From Candidatus Wolfebacteria bacterium GW2011_GWE2_44_13 (GTDB lineage: Bacteria > Patescibacteriota > Minisyncoccia > UBA6257 > UBA9933), in the NCBI GenBank assembly GCA_001000675.1, contig LCHW01000003.1, forward strand, positions 3,873 through 67,872: a DNA stretch of 64,000 nt, written 5' to 3'. Both the position numbers and the translations under genes were made by a program. Under the pieces are notes generated by a model. That model saw nothing but the letters and a program-made list of their open reading frames with translations. It ran no database searches and had not been told where the DNA came from. Shown piece after piece: positions 1-9,838 of the stretch; within the stretch, counting starts at the first letter, position 1; each line of letters opens with the position of its first letter.

Positions 1-185
1 TCAGTATACGCCAGCATCGGTTCGTCATTACCATTTTTCTGTGGATTTTCAAACGGACACGTTGCCTTAGGCGCACGTGTTCGTTTTTCTTTTCGAGAAA
101 ACTGTTCAAGACTATGCGTTCTTTTTGGTGCTATCACCACCCAGTCCCGAGAAACTGGATCGCGACGAAATTCAGAATTTTGCAT
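1..185 (-). CDS. N-terminal fragment (window edge) of a GalT-like HIT-family nucleotidyltransferase
   Basis: Minus-strand ATG at 185..183 gives MQNSEFRRDPVSRDWVVIAPKRTHSLEQFSRKEKRTRAPKATCPFENPQ. The RDxVxxxWVxIAPxR...CPF pattern resembles the N-termini of galactose-1-P uridylyltransferase / ADP-glucose phosphorylase. The gene runs off the window. Confidence 0.4.
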   Translation of the reverse strand, partial: MQNSEFRRDPVSRDWVVIAPKRTHSLEQFSRKEKRTRAPKATCPFENPQKNGNDEPMLAYT

Positions 186-235
186 GAGGCTGGAGATATT
201 ATAGATATGATCACCCTTTCTTTACGCGGGAATCA

Positions 236-2107
236 TTACTTCATTCTATTCTCATAATACCATTTAAATACATCGTATGCCACGGGAACAGAGTTGCTTC
301 CTCCTTCTCGAGCATCTTCAATAAGCACTAACACAGCGATTCGTTTTTCCGCTCCAATTGGACCATATCCCGTAAAAAATGCATTTGTTTTTTGCTTCAT
401 TGAAACCTGCGCAGACCCTGTTTTTCCCGCCACTACAAACGGTAAATTTTTTAATAATTTTGCAGTACCATAGTCTTTTTGCGTTGTTTCGATCATTCCC
501 TTCTCCACCTCATCCATCGAACTCTTTAGTGAAGAAATGTCTCGGAGCACTTGCGGTTGTTGTTCTCGTATTACGGCTCCTTTTTCATCGACTAATTTCT
601 TCATCACAAATGGCTGGTACATAATACCTCGGGTCGCTATGGATGAAATATAGTTTATTAGTTCAATAGGGGTCATCGTTAGATCCCCTTGTCCAATGCT
701 TATGTTATATGTATCGCCCACGCGCCATGGCAACCCAGTACGCTCTTCCTTTTCTTCTATGCTCGGCAAAAACCCAACCTTCTCTCCTGGCATATCGATG
801 TTTGTTTTTTCATCGAGTCCAAACGTGTGCCAATACTTTCTCAAGCGCTCGATACCAAGCCCTTTTACATCTTCAAATCCACCTCCTGCCGCATAAAAAT
901 ACACATTGCTCGAGCGAGCAAGCGCTGAATATACATTTACCCAACCGTGCGCTTTCCAATCGACAAATCGTGACGGCTGATCGGGGTGATACGGATTGGG
1001 AATCTCTATATACCCTTTCGAAAATACACTCTTATCCGTACTCATCACTCCTTCCTGTAACGCGGCAGTCGCAACGAGTGGCTTAATCGTCGAAGCAGGG
1101 TTATACAGCCCCGACACTACACGATTAAATAACGGCCGGTTAGTATTTGTGAGATCCTCTTTTGTAATTCGATTATTATCAAATGTTGGCAAACTTACCA
1201 TTGCTAAAACTTCCCCCGTATCCGGATCCATAACAATACCCGCTCCAGCGGTTCTTCCCATATTCTCTAGCTGTTCTTTTAACCTTCTATAAAAGTATGT
1301 TTGCAAATCACCGTCAATCGTGAGATGCGCGTTATTTCCGTGCTCTGGAGCTACCTCTGTTTTTTGCCCAAGGCTTTCATTTTTTGCGTTTCGATAATCA
1401 ATTAATGCGCCATTTTTCCCCCGCAAATCATTGTTGTATTGCAACTCAAGCCCAGACTTTCCAATTAAATCATTCAACAATAAACTCGCGTCTTCTTCCA
1501 TATCATCCCCCGAAACAAGCCCCACATATCCGGTAACATGACTAAACATTCCCGGTTCTTCGTATTGCCTTTTAAAATCATTTTCAATATTTACATCATC
1601 TAGCGCAATATTTTTTATTGCGGCAACCTGCTCGATTGTTAAATCACGTGCTACTACGATAGAGCTCTGTCTTTCAAGATTAACGCGTGATAATAGTGCA
1701 CGCATCTCATCTTTATTAATTGTAATGATACGCGCCAATTCTTCAATTTCTTTTTCCTGCGCTTGAATATCTTTTTTAAAAAAGTTCGAAAGACTTAATA
1801 CCGCCCTAAATGTAGGAATATTTCGTACAAGCGGCGTGCCAAACCTATCAAAAAATACTCCTCGCTCAGCGGGTTTTACCGTGATATCGCTTACATTCGC
1901 GATTGCTCGATCCTTATAAAATCCTCCCGCGTTCACGCCAAGAAAGAATACTTTGCCAAAAACAATACAGGCAATAACTGTGGTTGCAACCGCCACTAAC
2001 GTAAAAACCCCTTTCGAAAGCGGCATTTCTACGCAATCCATACTCGAAGCCATGTCGTCAAGTACCGATTCTTCCAGAAAAAGCTCTGTATTTCTTCGCG
2101 GTCTCAT
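236..2107 (-). CDS. Penicillin-binding protein, class B transpeptidase (PBP2-like)
   Basis: 623 aa with N-terminal TM, SxxK (STIKP), SxN (SSN) and KTG (KTGS) motifs, and a PBP dimerisation-like N-domain. Confidence 0.8.
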   Translation of the reverse strand: MRPRRNTELFLEESVLDDMASSMDCVEMPLSKGVFTLVAVATTVIACIVFGKVFFLGVNAGGFYKDRAIANVSDITVKPAERGVFFDRFGTPLVRNIPTFRAVLSLSNFFKKDIQAQEKEIEELARIITINKDEMRALLSRVNLERQSSIVVARDLTIEQVAAIKNIALDDVNIENDFKRQYEEPGMFSHVTGYVGLVSGDDMEEDASLLLNDLIGKSGLELQYNNDLRGKNGALIDYRNAKNESLGQKTEVAPEHGNNAHLTIDGDLQTYFYRRLKEQLENMGRTAGAGIVMDPDTGEVLAMVSLPTFDNNRITKEDLTNTNRPLFNRVVSGLYNPASTIKPLVATAALQEGVMSTDKSVFSKGYIEIPNPYHPDQPSRFVDWKAHGWVNVYSALARSSNVYFYAAGGGFEDVKGLGIERLRKYWHTFGLDEKTNIDMPGEKVGFLPSIEEKEERTGLPWRVGDTYNISIGQGDLTMTPIELINYISSIATRGIMYQPFVMKKLVDEKGAVIREQQPQVLRDISSLKSSMDEVEKGMIETTQKDYGTAKLLKNLPFVVAGKTGSAQVSMKQKTNAFFTGYGPIGAEKRIAVLVLIEDAREGGSNSVPVAYDVFKWYYENRMK

Positions 2108-2185
2108 ATACTTGCTATCATATCGAAGAACGCTTCATAAATCAAAAGAGGCGCGCAGCGCCTCTTTTGATTTCGCTATTGTTAC

Positions 2186-3505
2186 TTATTCATCACTAAA
2201 TGCCATTTCTGTTTGGGGAACAAGTGTTGGATCTGTTGGGATAGTAATATAGAAGGTACTCCCTCGACTTACTTGCGATTCAGCCCATATATCTCCCCCA
2301 TGTCTTCGGACAATATTTTTTGTAATATATAACCCAAGCCCTGTGCCATCGGCAACTGTCTTTTGTGCATTGTCCGCTCGGAAAAATTTCGTAAACAATC
2401 GTTGCATTTCATCCGCCGGGATACCAATACCCGTATCCTTTACGCTCACCTCTACATATGGCTTTTCGGCTACCGCTTTTATTGTCACTACCACTTCCCC
2501 ATTTTCAATATTGTATTTGATTGCATTAGAAACTAGATTCGCCAAAACAATGCCCAATTTCTGTGGATCGATTGTTACTGCGATTGGATTTTCTGATTTT
2601 TGCAAATAGAGCTTGATTCCCATTTCTTTTGCATAGACCATCAGTTCCGCCAAGACTCTCTCGGCAAATTCATTAATGTCCATTGCTTGGAACTTATACC
2701 CATATTTTCCTTCTTCTATCTGAGAAACATCAAGTAGGTCGTTTACTGTCTTTAAAATATTTCCTGCCGCAATTACACCCATGCCAACCATTTCCTTTTG
2801 CTCATCGGGCATGGTTTCTTTTGCAAGTGATTCGAATATCCAGTTAATTGATGTTAGGGGCGTGCGGAGCTGATGTGCCGCAACCTCAATAAACTCACTC
2901 TTTGATTTTAACATCGCCACCTCGCGTGTTCGCTCATGAATAATTTTTACAAACCCAAGTAAGGTGCCGTTTGGATCAACAATGCGATCAGTTGATACGC
3001 GTAGCTCTATTGATGGATTCGTAAATGACATATCGACTATCTGCGGATAGATTCCCCCCTCGGTCCTCCTCACTACCAATGGAGCAATTGATGGATACAG
3101 CACTTGCGCTAATAGCGTAAGCTTTTGATCTTTTACACTTTCCGGAGTTACCCGCTTTCCCATAACCTCAGCAATCGGGGCTCCCAATATTTGCTGCGCT
3201 GCTTTATTCATCATCACTACTTTGAAATTTTGATCGTATGCGATCAATCCATCAAGAAGATTTGCAACAATACTTCCTAGCTCATTTCTTTCGAGCTTTA
3301 TTTCTCCATTAAGTCGCACGATACGAATGCCATTCAAAAAAATAATAGTACCCATTACCAAAAAAATACTCGCGCTAATCATAATCCACACTGGCTGCAA
3401 ATAAATACTATTAATCCCAATCAATACCAGCGCCAGCGGCAAAAAATACCAGAAGGGCCTCATTTCTGGCATTTTTAAATATGCGGTTATTGTTCCCGGT
3501 TGCAT
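2186..3505 (-). CDS. Sensor histidine kinase (membrane, PAS-like plus HisKA plus HATPase)
   Basis: N-terminal TM helices, H-box HQLRTPLTSI, G-box GTGLGLYITKNIVRRHGG. Confidence 0.8.
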   Translation of the reverse strand: MQPGTITAYLKMPEMRPFWYFLPLALVLIGINSIYLQPVWIMISASIFLVMGTIIFLNGIRIVRLNGEIKLERNELGSIVANLLDGLIAYDQNFKVVMMNKAAQQILGAPIAEVMGKRVTPESVKDQKLTLLAQVLYPSIAPLVVRRTEGGIYPQIVDMSFTNPSIELRVSTDRIVDPNGTLLGFVKIIHERTREVAMLKSKSEFIEVAAHQLRTPLTSINWIFESLAKETMPDEQKEMVGMGVIAAGNILKTVNDLLDVSQIEEGKYGYKFQAMDINEFAERVLAELMVYAKEMGIKLYLQKSENPIAVTIDPQKLGIVLANLVSNAIKYNIENGEVVVTIKAVAEKPYVEVSVKDTGIGIPADEMQRLFTKFFRADNAQKTVADGTGLGLYITKNIVRRHGGDIWAESQVSRGSTFYITIPTDPTLVPQTEMAFSDE

Positions 3506-3509
3506 ATGA

Positions 3510-4637
3510 TTATTGCAAATCTAAGCTATATAACTTCTTATCGTATCTGTTTATGAACACAATCTTATCTTCCAATACAGTTAAGTTCGTTGCATCAATT
3601 TTTGGATTCTCATCTTCAAAAATTGCCCGGATTCCATTATTTGTTAGATCGATTTGATAGATACCATCTTGGAAATATACGTCCCGCTTAAGATAGTCAT
3701 CTGGCAATGTCATGCGAGCGAGCGCTGCTTGGTCGCGAGGGATTGCACAATACATCTGCTCTGGTGCTGTTATTGCACACTTGTCTGGCAATGTAATGAA
3801 TCGCAACGTATTTAATTCGTTTCCTTTATCATCGATTAGTGCCAACTTATGTTTACGCCCTTCTGTGGTCGTAAACTTAAGTGCTCGCGTTCCGAATGGC
3901 GCCCATTGCACTATCAATCCCCTGTCTGATAGAAACTTTGCGATTGTTTTTGTTTTAACATCAACCCTCCACATGTCTGAAACATATTCTGCGGATGGTT
4001 TTTGGGTTACATATATTACATCGCTTTGCGGCCACTGTAATGTAAAATCGCTTTGCGAAATTTTCGTAACTTCTAAAAACTTTGCGGTATCGCTTAGCCC
4101 AATCACATCCGCAACCTGCGTTCTTAGCCATCTTACATCTCCTGTTTGAATTATATAAGCCGCATCTTTTCCTTTCGGAGCCCATGTTATCTCCTCTACT
4201 CCGCCAACTGAAGTCCCTGGAAGATTGCTCGTTAAATCAAACGGATTGAATCTAATCCCCTCAGATGATTGCGCTTCAATAAAGACAGCTTCTCCATTCG
4301 CTGACGGACGAACACTTCTTATATTTGCAATCGATTGCTCGTACAACAGCTCATCACTCTCATTATTGACCGTTATTATACTCCCTTCGCTATCTACATA
4401 TAGTATCGCTGGGCTTGATGTTGCATCGGCTATCCAATAGCCCGCAACCGTACGCGAACTAATAGCTCGAAGGCGTTCCTTTTTTTGCTCAAGCGGTTGA
4501 ATTGGCTCATTGTTTATGCCAGGAATATTACTTATTACAACAGCTCTGTTTTGCCATGCAAAATATGCGCCTATTCCTAATGCAATAACTCCCAGCACAG
4601 CACTCGCCCCAATAATTATTTTTTTATTTCTTTCCAT
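3510..4637 (-). CDS. Hypothetical membrane-anchored, secreted beta-rich protein
   Basis: 375 aa, single N-terminal TM, no recognisable catalytic motif. Lies 4 nt downstream of the HK stop. Confidence 0.4.
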   Translation of the reverse strand: MERNKKIIIGASAVLGVIALGIGAYFAWQNRAVVISNIPGINNEPIQPLEQKKERLRAISSRTVAGYWIADATSSPAILYVDSEGSIITVNNESDELLYEQSIANIRSVRPSANGEAVFIEAQSSEGIRFNPFDLTSNLPGTSVGGVEEITWAPKGKDAAYIIQTGDVRWLRTQVADVIGLSDTAKFLEVTKISQSDFTLQWPQSDVIYVTQKPSAEYVSDMWRVDVKTKTIAKFLSDRGLIVQWAPFGTRALKFTTTEGRKHKLALIDDKGNELNTLRFITLPDKCAITAPEQMYCAIPRDQAALARMTLPDDYLKRDVYFQDGIYQIDLTNNGIRAIFEDENPKIDATNLTVLEDKIVFINRYDKKLYSLDLQ

Positions 4638-4654
4638 AGAAGTTTATCGATCCG

Positions 4655-5644
4655 TTATCTCGTGGAGCAATCCCAATGAGGTGCTGCAGGGGGCTTTTCT
4701 GACGAACACGTCACGCCCGTAACTTTATCACGAAAGGTTGCATAACTATCGCTACGCGTCGCTATTCTCTCAAATCTCTGCGGATTATTTACAAAAGCTA
4801 TCTCAACTCCAGGAGAAACTCTCATATCCCACTTATATCCTTCTGCGTGCGGTGTCCCTGGATCGTGCGCCTCTGTTACCGAAGTAATATTAATCGGCAC
4901 TCCCGCATCCGCCATTGATACAATTCCATCAAGCGTTATTTGCTTTACTCCTTGAAAGGATATGCACCCGACAGTACCCCCACCAGGAACACACTCTTTG
5001 AGCATTGCAATACCCCCAATTGACTCTAATCTGCTCCGGATATGCGATACCGGAGTGTCTGCAAGTGGTCTCCCGGCGTAAGCACCGTCACCAACAACAA
5101 CTGGCGTACTTGTTGAGTCTCCTGGCAACTCCATACCAACGGGTATATAGGGCGTTGCATTTATTTTTACCTTTGGCTGGAGTGCATTTTGGATACGCTC
5201 CACATCGACAATATTTGGATTAATCGTATTAAACAATACCTGCGCACCGAATAAAAGCACAATGCCTTTTAATGCATTTTTTATATAATCGTTACTTGCT
5301 TTTATCTTTCCTGGATCTGCCGACATTGTACGCAATATTCCTCCGTACATAATTACTCCAACAGCAACAACACCCACTAAACCCATTAGGTATTGATATA
5401 CCAAAAATACCATGTCCGCCGGCCCCTTTGCACCTAATAACACATTCGGCAAAAAGCGCGGCGTATAAATAAGATCTGCAGCTGCCTGTGGCGTACCTGC
5501 CGTCGTCGTTGCAGCCTCTCCGATTGAAATCATTACACCACTTAAAAGCAAGCAGGCGACTACGATTATCGAGCCGTTTAAAAGTCCTGAGCTCATTCGC
5601 TTTGCCATATATTGTATTGTACTTAAAAGGATTCGCGTTTTCAT
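4655..5644 (-). CDS. Pilin-like (VirB2/TrbC-like two-helix) membrane protein with C-terminal putative M15-like zinc peptidase domain
   Basis: Long hydrophobic leader, then two hydrophobic helices (MVFLVYQYLMGLVGVVAVGVIMYGG ... GIVLLFGAQVLF) as in T4SS pilins. The C-terminal 190 aa carries HAEGYKWD (HxxGxxxD) and PHWD, resembling the peptidase M15 Zn-ligand pattern. Confidence 0.35.
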   Translation of the reverse strand: MKTRILLSTIQYMAKRMSSGLLNGSIIVVACLLLSGVMISIGEAATTTAGTPQAAADLIYTPRFLPNVLLGAKGPADMVFLVYQYLMGLVGVVAVGVIMYGGILRTMSADPGKIKASNDYIKNALKGIVLLFGAQVLFNTINPNIVDVERIQNALQPKVKINATPYIPVGMELPGDSTSTPVVVGDGAYAGRPLADTPVSHIRSRLESIGGIAMLKECVPGGGTVGCISFQGVKQITLDGIVSMADAGVPINITSVTEAHDPGTPHAEGYKWDMRVSPGVEIAFVNNPQRFERIATRSDSYATFRDKVTGVTCSSEKPPAAPHWDCSTR

Positions 5645-5661
5645 ATGCTTATTTTTACTCT

Positions 5662-6366
5662 TTACAATATATCGACGAACATCTTTTTTGTGATATTCTC
5701 TAGCAGCTTCCCCTTATTTATCATCGTTGCCTCGAGTGTATATTTTGCGCCTGTCTTTGCATCATTTCCAATAGTCATTACCAACACTGGATCATTTGCT
5801 CTTCCTGTTTCCAGCGCATTTCCGTTCACTTTCCAGCGCAAGCTTAACGCTTCATTACTCGTGGTATTAAAATAGAACGGCCATGCATAAAATGTATTAT
5901 CACCTTTTTCTACCTTCTTTTGAAAATACGGGACATCGATCACAACCTCTGGTGACTTCACCGGAATATCGAATATTTTTTCTAAAGGCCTTCCTTTATA
6001 ATCTGGGAGTACTATCTTTATATTTAAAACATCTCCACCATATTTTTTATTAAACACAATTACTTTTCGTATTCCTAGCCCGTTCGTCTCATTCTTTATC
6101 AGTTTCCCATCCACATACCAACGAACTGAGGACGTTGCAAGATTTGCTACTTTTCCATCTTCAATTAATTCAAATGCAACATCAATTGGACTTTGATAGG
6201 TTGGGAGCGCTTTACCCGCATACCATGCGGGTACATAGGTTCGCGTATGCCAACTGGTCATAAATTCTACCGCCGCTTCCGCCGATGGAATAAAGATTGT
6301 AAACGCAACGATCAACACGCTTACGATAGTACAGATGTATCCGATTGTTTTATTACTATGTTTCAT
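5662..6366 (-). CDS. Hypothetical secreted/membrane-anchored protein
   Basis: 234 aa with N-terminal TM/signal. Lies in the T4SS-like cluster. Confidence 0.4.
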   Translation of the reverse strand: MKHSNKTIGYICTIVSVLIVAFTIFIPSAEAAVEFMTSWHTRTYVPAWYAGKALPTYQSPIDVAFELIEDGKVANLATSSVRWYVDGKLIKNETNGLGIRKVIVFNKKYGGDVLNIKIVLPDYKGRPLEKIFDIPVKSPEVVIDVPYFQKKVEKGDNTFYAWPFYFNTTSNEALSLRWKVNGNALETGRANDPVLVMTIGNDAKTGAKYTLEATMINKGKLLENITKKMFVDIL

Positions 6367-6411
6367 TTTTATAGATTCCAGCTCAAGACTGGAATGACCT
6401 GGGGTAAGTTA

Positions 6412-7062
6412 CTAAGCCACTTCTTGCTGCAGATTACCCTCTTTGCCGTCATACCGCGTAATCTCTTGCTCTTGCGTGGCTGATTTTTCCATCCTCTTCG
6501 CTCCCATAACACCCGCTTCCGATGCTCGATTTGCCGAAGCCATACGTTGCCGCGCAGCGGAAACACCCTTTTGTTCTACCTTTGTCACCGTAGCACCAGT
6601 GAATTTTCGGGTCGCGATTTTAGTAGCCATACCACCAGCTACTTTTGCAGCGGCGCCGCCAGCCACTCCTCCGAATACAGTCGCCCCGATCTGAATCGCC
6701 TGTCCTGTAACTTTTGCAATAACCCCCATCACCTTTTCCATTTTGTCTGGGTTGTTGATAATCCAGATACCCGCTACTAGCGCGACTGTTTTACCTGGCG
6801 CTAGATTTGCCGTAGCCGCATTGATTGACGTTCCAATTGGCTGAACAATTAACTTCATGACACCCCTACCTCCCCGCAACAGCATGTACGCCTCTATCGC
6901 TAATCCAGTCGCTAAATTCATTGGCTCTGTTACGATTATACCAGTTCCTAGCGTAATTACCAAAATAAGAAACTCAAAAAACTCTTCTGTTCCAACTAGC
7001 AGCACCACAAATATTGTTTCTGCAAGCCCTATTGTTTTTTGCTTAATTTCTTCTTCTGGCAT
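6412..7062 (-). CDS. Hypothetical Gly/Ala-rich membrane protein
   Basis: 216 aa with two N-terminal hydrophobic helices followed by a G/A/K-rich region. RBS-like GGAAGGA upstream. Confidence 0.4.
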   Translation of the reverse strand: MPEEEIKQKTIGLAETIFVVLLVGTEEFFEFLILVITLGTGIIVTEPMNLATGLAIEAYMLLRGGRGVMKLIVQPIGTSINAATANLAPGKTVALVAGIWIINNPDKMEKVMGVIAKVTGQAIQIGATVFGGVAGGAAAKVAGGMATKIATRKFTGATVTKVEQKGVSAARQRMASANRASEAGVMGAKRMEKSATQEQEITRYDGKEGNLQQEVA

Positions 7063-7325
7063 GGTTTTATAATCCTTCCGTTGCTATTTAGGAACTGGAT
7101 ACCGGCCTCTGCGCTCCGTGTGCCACCGCTAAAGCTAAGGCGACACGCGGTCGGCCATAGCCTTTGGCGGCGTGCGACCGGTATGACATCGTATTGTCAT
7201 CCCGTGCCACAATACGGGATCCAGTATTTTGCGTACAGGACTCTGGATTTCAGACATGCTTGCTAACATTCTGGAATGACAATGTGGGGAGTTTGGATGA
7301 CAATACAAGGCATTTTTGTTGTCGG
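7063..7325 (-). other. GC-rich highly structured intergenic element (candidate ncRNA or mRNA structure) inside the T4SS-like operon
   Basis: About 260 nt with visibly higher GC than its flanks. It has multiple hairpins: a 12-bp long-range pairing gtattgtcatcc/ggatgacaatac, cccgt..acggg, atccag..ctggat and the nested ggtcg-gcca..tggc..cgacc. The tgtcat/atgaca word recurs. Confidence 0.3.
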
Positions 7326-9077
7326 TTATTTGTTCTCTTCCGCCTGCTGCAACAACTGCTCTGGATCTGTTGTGATGATTCGATCTTCGAAATATGATGG
7401 GATTATTTTAATTGCAACATGCTTAAGCCCTACTAAAAATATTCCTTCTCCTACTCCCGCAGACAACACTAAGCTTTTTTCTGTTTCACTTAGCGCGAAT
7501 GTTTTTGCAAGCACTTCAATACTCGATGGAGCCTGCTTTAGTAATAATTGCAATGACGAGTTGGATACGATTGGCACTCCATAGGGAGAGTTCATGAAAT
7601 CGTCTACGTTCTGTGTAATCGTTGTCATGCCCAAATAGTATTTTCTGCATCGCTTCGCGAGACCAAACAAGAACGAGGCACTGTCGGGATGCTTCATCAA
7701 TACCCATGCTTCGTCAATAATAAGAATGCGCTTTTTCATTTCAGCGCGAATCAAATTCCATATATAGCTCAACATCATGTACATAGCGATTGGACGCAGC
7801 TCCTCTTCAAGATCGCGTGTCGAGAAAATAACAAGCCTATTTTTAATGTCTACATTCGTTTGTCTATTTGCAAATCCCGCATACGTCCCTTGCGTAAATT
7901 TGTATAGCTTTGCCGCCATACTCTTTCCTCCTTCCATGTTTTCTAACACAGTTTGCAAATCGCTCAATAAAGGCGCTTCCAGCCCGGTAAAATCTTTTAC
8001 ATCACTTGTAATACCTCGTGATGCATATGTTTCGTTGATTGCGCGATCCATGAGCGCGTCTTCTTCTGGCGTTAGTACTCCCATCATCAGCTTTAATAAA
8101 CCAACAACATTTAAAATGTGTGATCGAAAAACGTCTGCAGGATCTTCCCCTACCGGCACAACAGGAATGTCGAGTGGATTTATGGCTGTATCAGATGTTA
8201 GCGAAATTTTTAACAAACTTCCTCCAACCGCGTCTGAAAGTTTTTCATATTCATTCTCTGGATCGATAACAATCACGTCGATGCCCATCATTAATGAACG
8301 CAATATTTCCAACTTTGTTCCGTACGATTTTCCAGCTCCCGACTTTGCGAACACTACCTGGTTTGCATTTTCTAATGAAAAGCGATCGAAGATGATTAAC
8401 GAATTATTGTGCTGGTTGATGCCATAAAGCACACCCTTGTCTGATGTAAGATCTTCTGAAACAAACGGAAATAGTGACGATATTGGACTCGTGTTTAGCG
8501 CGGTATGAATTTGCAACTTGTCCTGTCCAATCGGTAGCGTTGAAATAAATCCTTCGATGTGCTGGAAAATAGATGGCTTTAAATATACCATCTGACTATC
8601 AAGGATCGACGTAATTCTATCTTCTGCGCGCGAGAGTTCCGCTACTGAATTTGCATATACGGTTATATACACGCCAACGTCAAAGAGCTTCTCTTCCGCC
8701 TGTTGTAGCTGGTCGCGAAGCGCTTCTATATCTTGATATGCGGTTTCCAATGCTGGGTCTCGTACAAGGCCTTTTTCATCGCGCTCTGAAAGCTGCGCCT
8801 CAACTTGCGATACCTTTCTTCGTAGCTTACTTAGCGCGGCCGTTGTTTCAACGGGATGCACAAAAATAGAAACGTCTAATAAATTCGGAAGATTGATAAT
8901 AACGTCAAACCATCCTGTGGAAAGATACCGTGGGTACGTAAAAATAAATAACGTTTTTACATAGGTATCTCCCAGTCGTATAAAATTAGGATTTGCTTCA
9001 AGCGCAGCCGGGGCAATGACGTTTTTTACATCTTCCCCTCCGCCTGTATATGCTTGTGGTACGGTTATTTTTTCCAT
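7326..9077 (-). CDS. VirB4/TrbE/CagE-family type IV secretion ATPase (ATPase domain)
   Basis: Walker A SGAGKSYG, DPENEY, Walker B ILIIDEAWVLM. The architecture is typical of VirB4. Confidence 0.75.
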   Translation of the reverse strand: MEKITVPQAYTGGGEDVKNVIAPAALEANPNFIRLGDTYVKTLFIFTYPRYLSTGWFDVIINLPNLLDVSIFVHPVETTAALSKLRRKVSQVEAQLSERDEKGLVRDPALETAYQDIEALRDQLQQAEEKLFDVGVYITVYANSVAELSRAEDRITSILDSQMVYLKPSIFQHIEGFISTLPIGQDKLQIHTALNTSPISSLFPFVSEDLTSDKGVLYGINQHNNSLIIFDRFSLENANQVVFAKSGAGKSYGTKLEILRSLMMGIDVIVIDPENEYEKLSDAVGGSLLKISLTSDTAINPLDIPVVPVGEDPADVFRSHILNVVGLLKLMMGVLTPEEDALMDRAINETYASRGITSDVKDFTGLEAPLLSDLQTVLENMEGGKSMAAKLYKFTQGTYAGFANRQTNVDIKNRLVIFSTRDLEEELRPIAMYMMLSYIWNLIRAEMKKRILIIDEAWVLMKHPDSASFLFGLAKRCRKYYLGMTTITQNVDDFMNSPYGVPIVSNSSLQLLLKQAPSSIEVLAKTFALSETEKSLVLSAGVGEGIFLVGLKHVAIKIIPSYFEDRIITTDPEQLLQQAEENK

Positions 9078-9086
9078 AATAGTTAC

Positions 9087-9752
9087 TTATTGCTTCTTCG
9101 CTATTCCAATTCCCTTCTTTTCTGTTTCAGCTGGATTGTACAAATTATAGAACAGTTCGATGAGCTCTTCGTCATTTAGTGCCACCGCACGCAACCCAAT
9201 ACTCGCAAGCCCTGAGGCAATGTTATCGGCGCGCTGGTTGAGTTGCTCAATTGCTTCATCGAGCGATTTATCCTCCTGCGCTGTGGGTGTCGTATTTGTC
9301 TTTTTCCCAAAAAATGGCAGCCCCGATAATAGCCCTCCCGCGCTCGGCAGCACAACCCTGTCGTAGGGAACGACAACGAAAAACGATTTACCCATAATTT
9401 CACTCTGTTCAACGAACGATTTTATAAATTCTGAATATTCGCTTATTTGTTCGCGTAATAAATCGTTTGTTTCTGTTTCTTTTCGCTTGCTTAATCCATC
9501 GAGATATCCCTGAATATTTAATCGTCGTGAATGCACAATTATCTGTAATGTAAAGTCGAGCGAATTGATAAATTCTTGATATGCGCTAAGAATAATGTTT
9601 TTATCCTCCTCTGATTTCAACGCAAAATTGATCCCACTCACAAGAAGGATTTTTCTTAACGAACCACCTTTCAAAAGGACTGTCCCGTTATATACTCGCT
9701 CTACATCCACAAATTGTTGCGTTGCTTGTGCTTCTTGCGCCATAGGTATCAT
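9087..9752 (-). CDS. VirB4-family N-terminal domain, encoded as a separate ORF in the same frame as the ATPase ORF
   Basis: The VLLKGGSLRKILLVSGINFALKSEEDKNIILSAYQEFINSLDFTLQIIVHSRR pattern matches the VirB4/TraC N-terminal region. Its stop TAA (9087-9089) is followed by 9 nt and then the ATG of the ATPase ORF in the same reading frame. Confidence 0.5.
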   Translation of the reverse strand: MIPMAQEAQATQQFVDVERVYNGTVLLKGGSLRKILLVSGINFALKSEEDKNIILSAYQEFINSLDFTLQIIVHSRRLNIQGYLDGLSKRKETETNDLLREQISEYSEFIKSFVEQSEIMGKSFFVVVPYDRVVLPSAGGLLSGLPFFGKKTNTTPTAQEDKSLDEAIEQLNQRADNIASGLASIGLRAVALNDEELIELFYNLYNPAETEKKGIGIAKKQ

Positions 9753-9838
9753 TATTCTCGTTTAAGCGAGAATGTATATGTTATATCAATATATAAGAAA
9801 TTACCGTACTTCATCGTATTGTACCATACTATCCATCC

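Noticed and set aside
7085-7110. TPP riboswitch-like ctggataccggcc word in the GC-rich intergenic element
   Set aside because: Only a short resemblance. CUGAGA and the other conserved TPP aptamer elements are missing. The word is in the wrong orientation for the operon, and there is no thiamine gene context.
9087-9752. Treating the 221-aa ORF as an independent unknown protein
   Set aside because: Its sequence pattern and in-frame position immediately before the VirB4 ATPase ORF are better explained as the VirB4 N-terminal domain (see finding).
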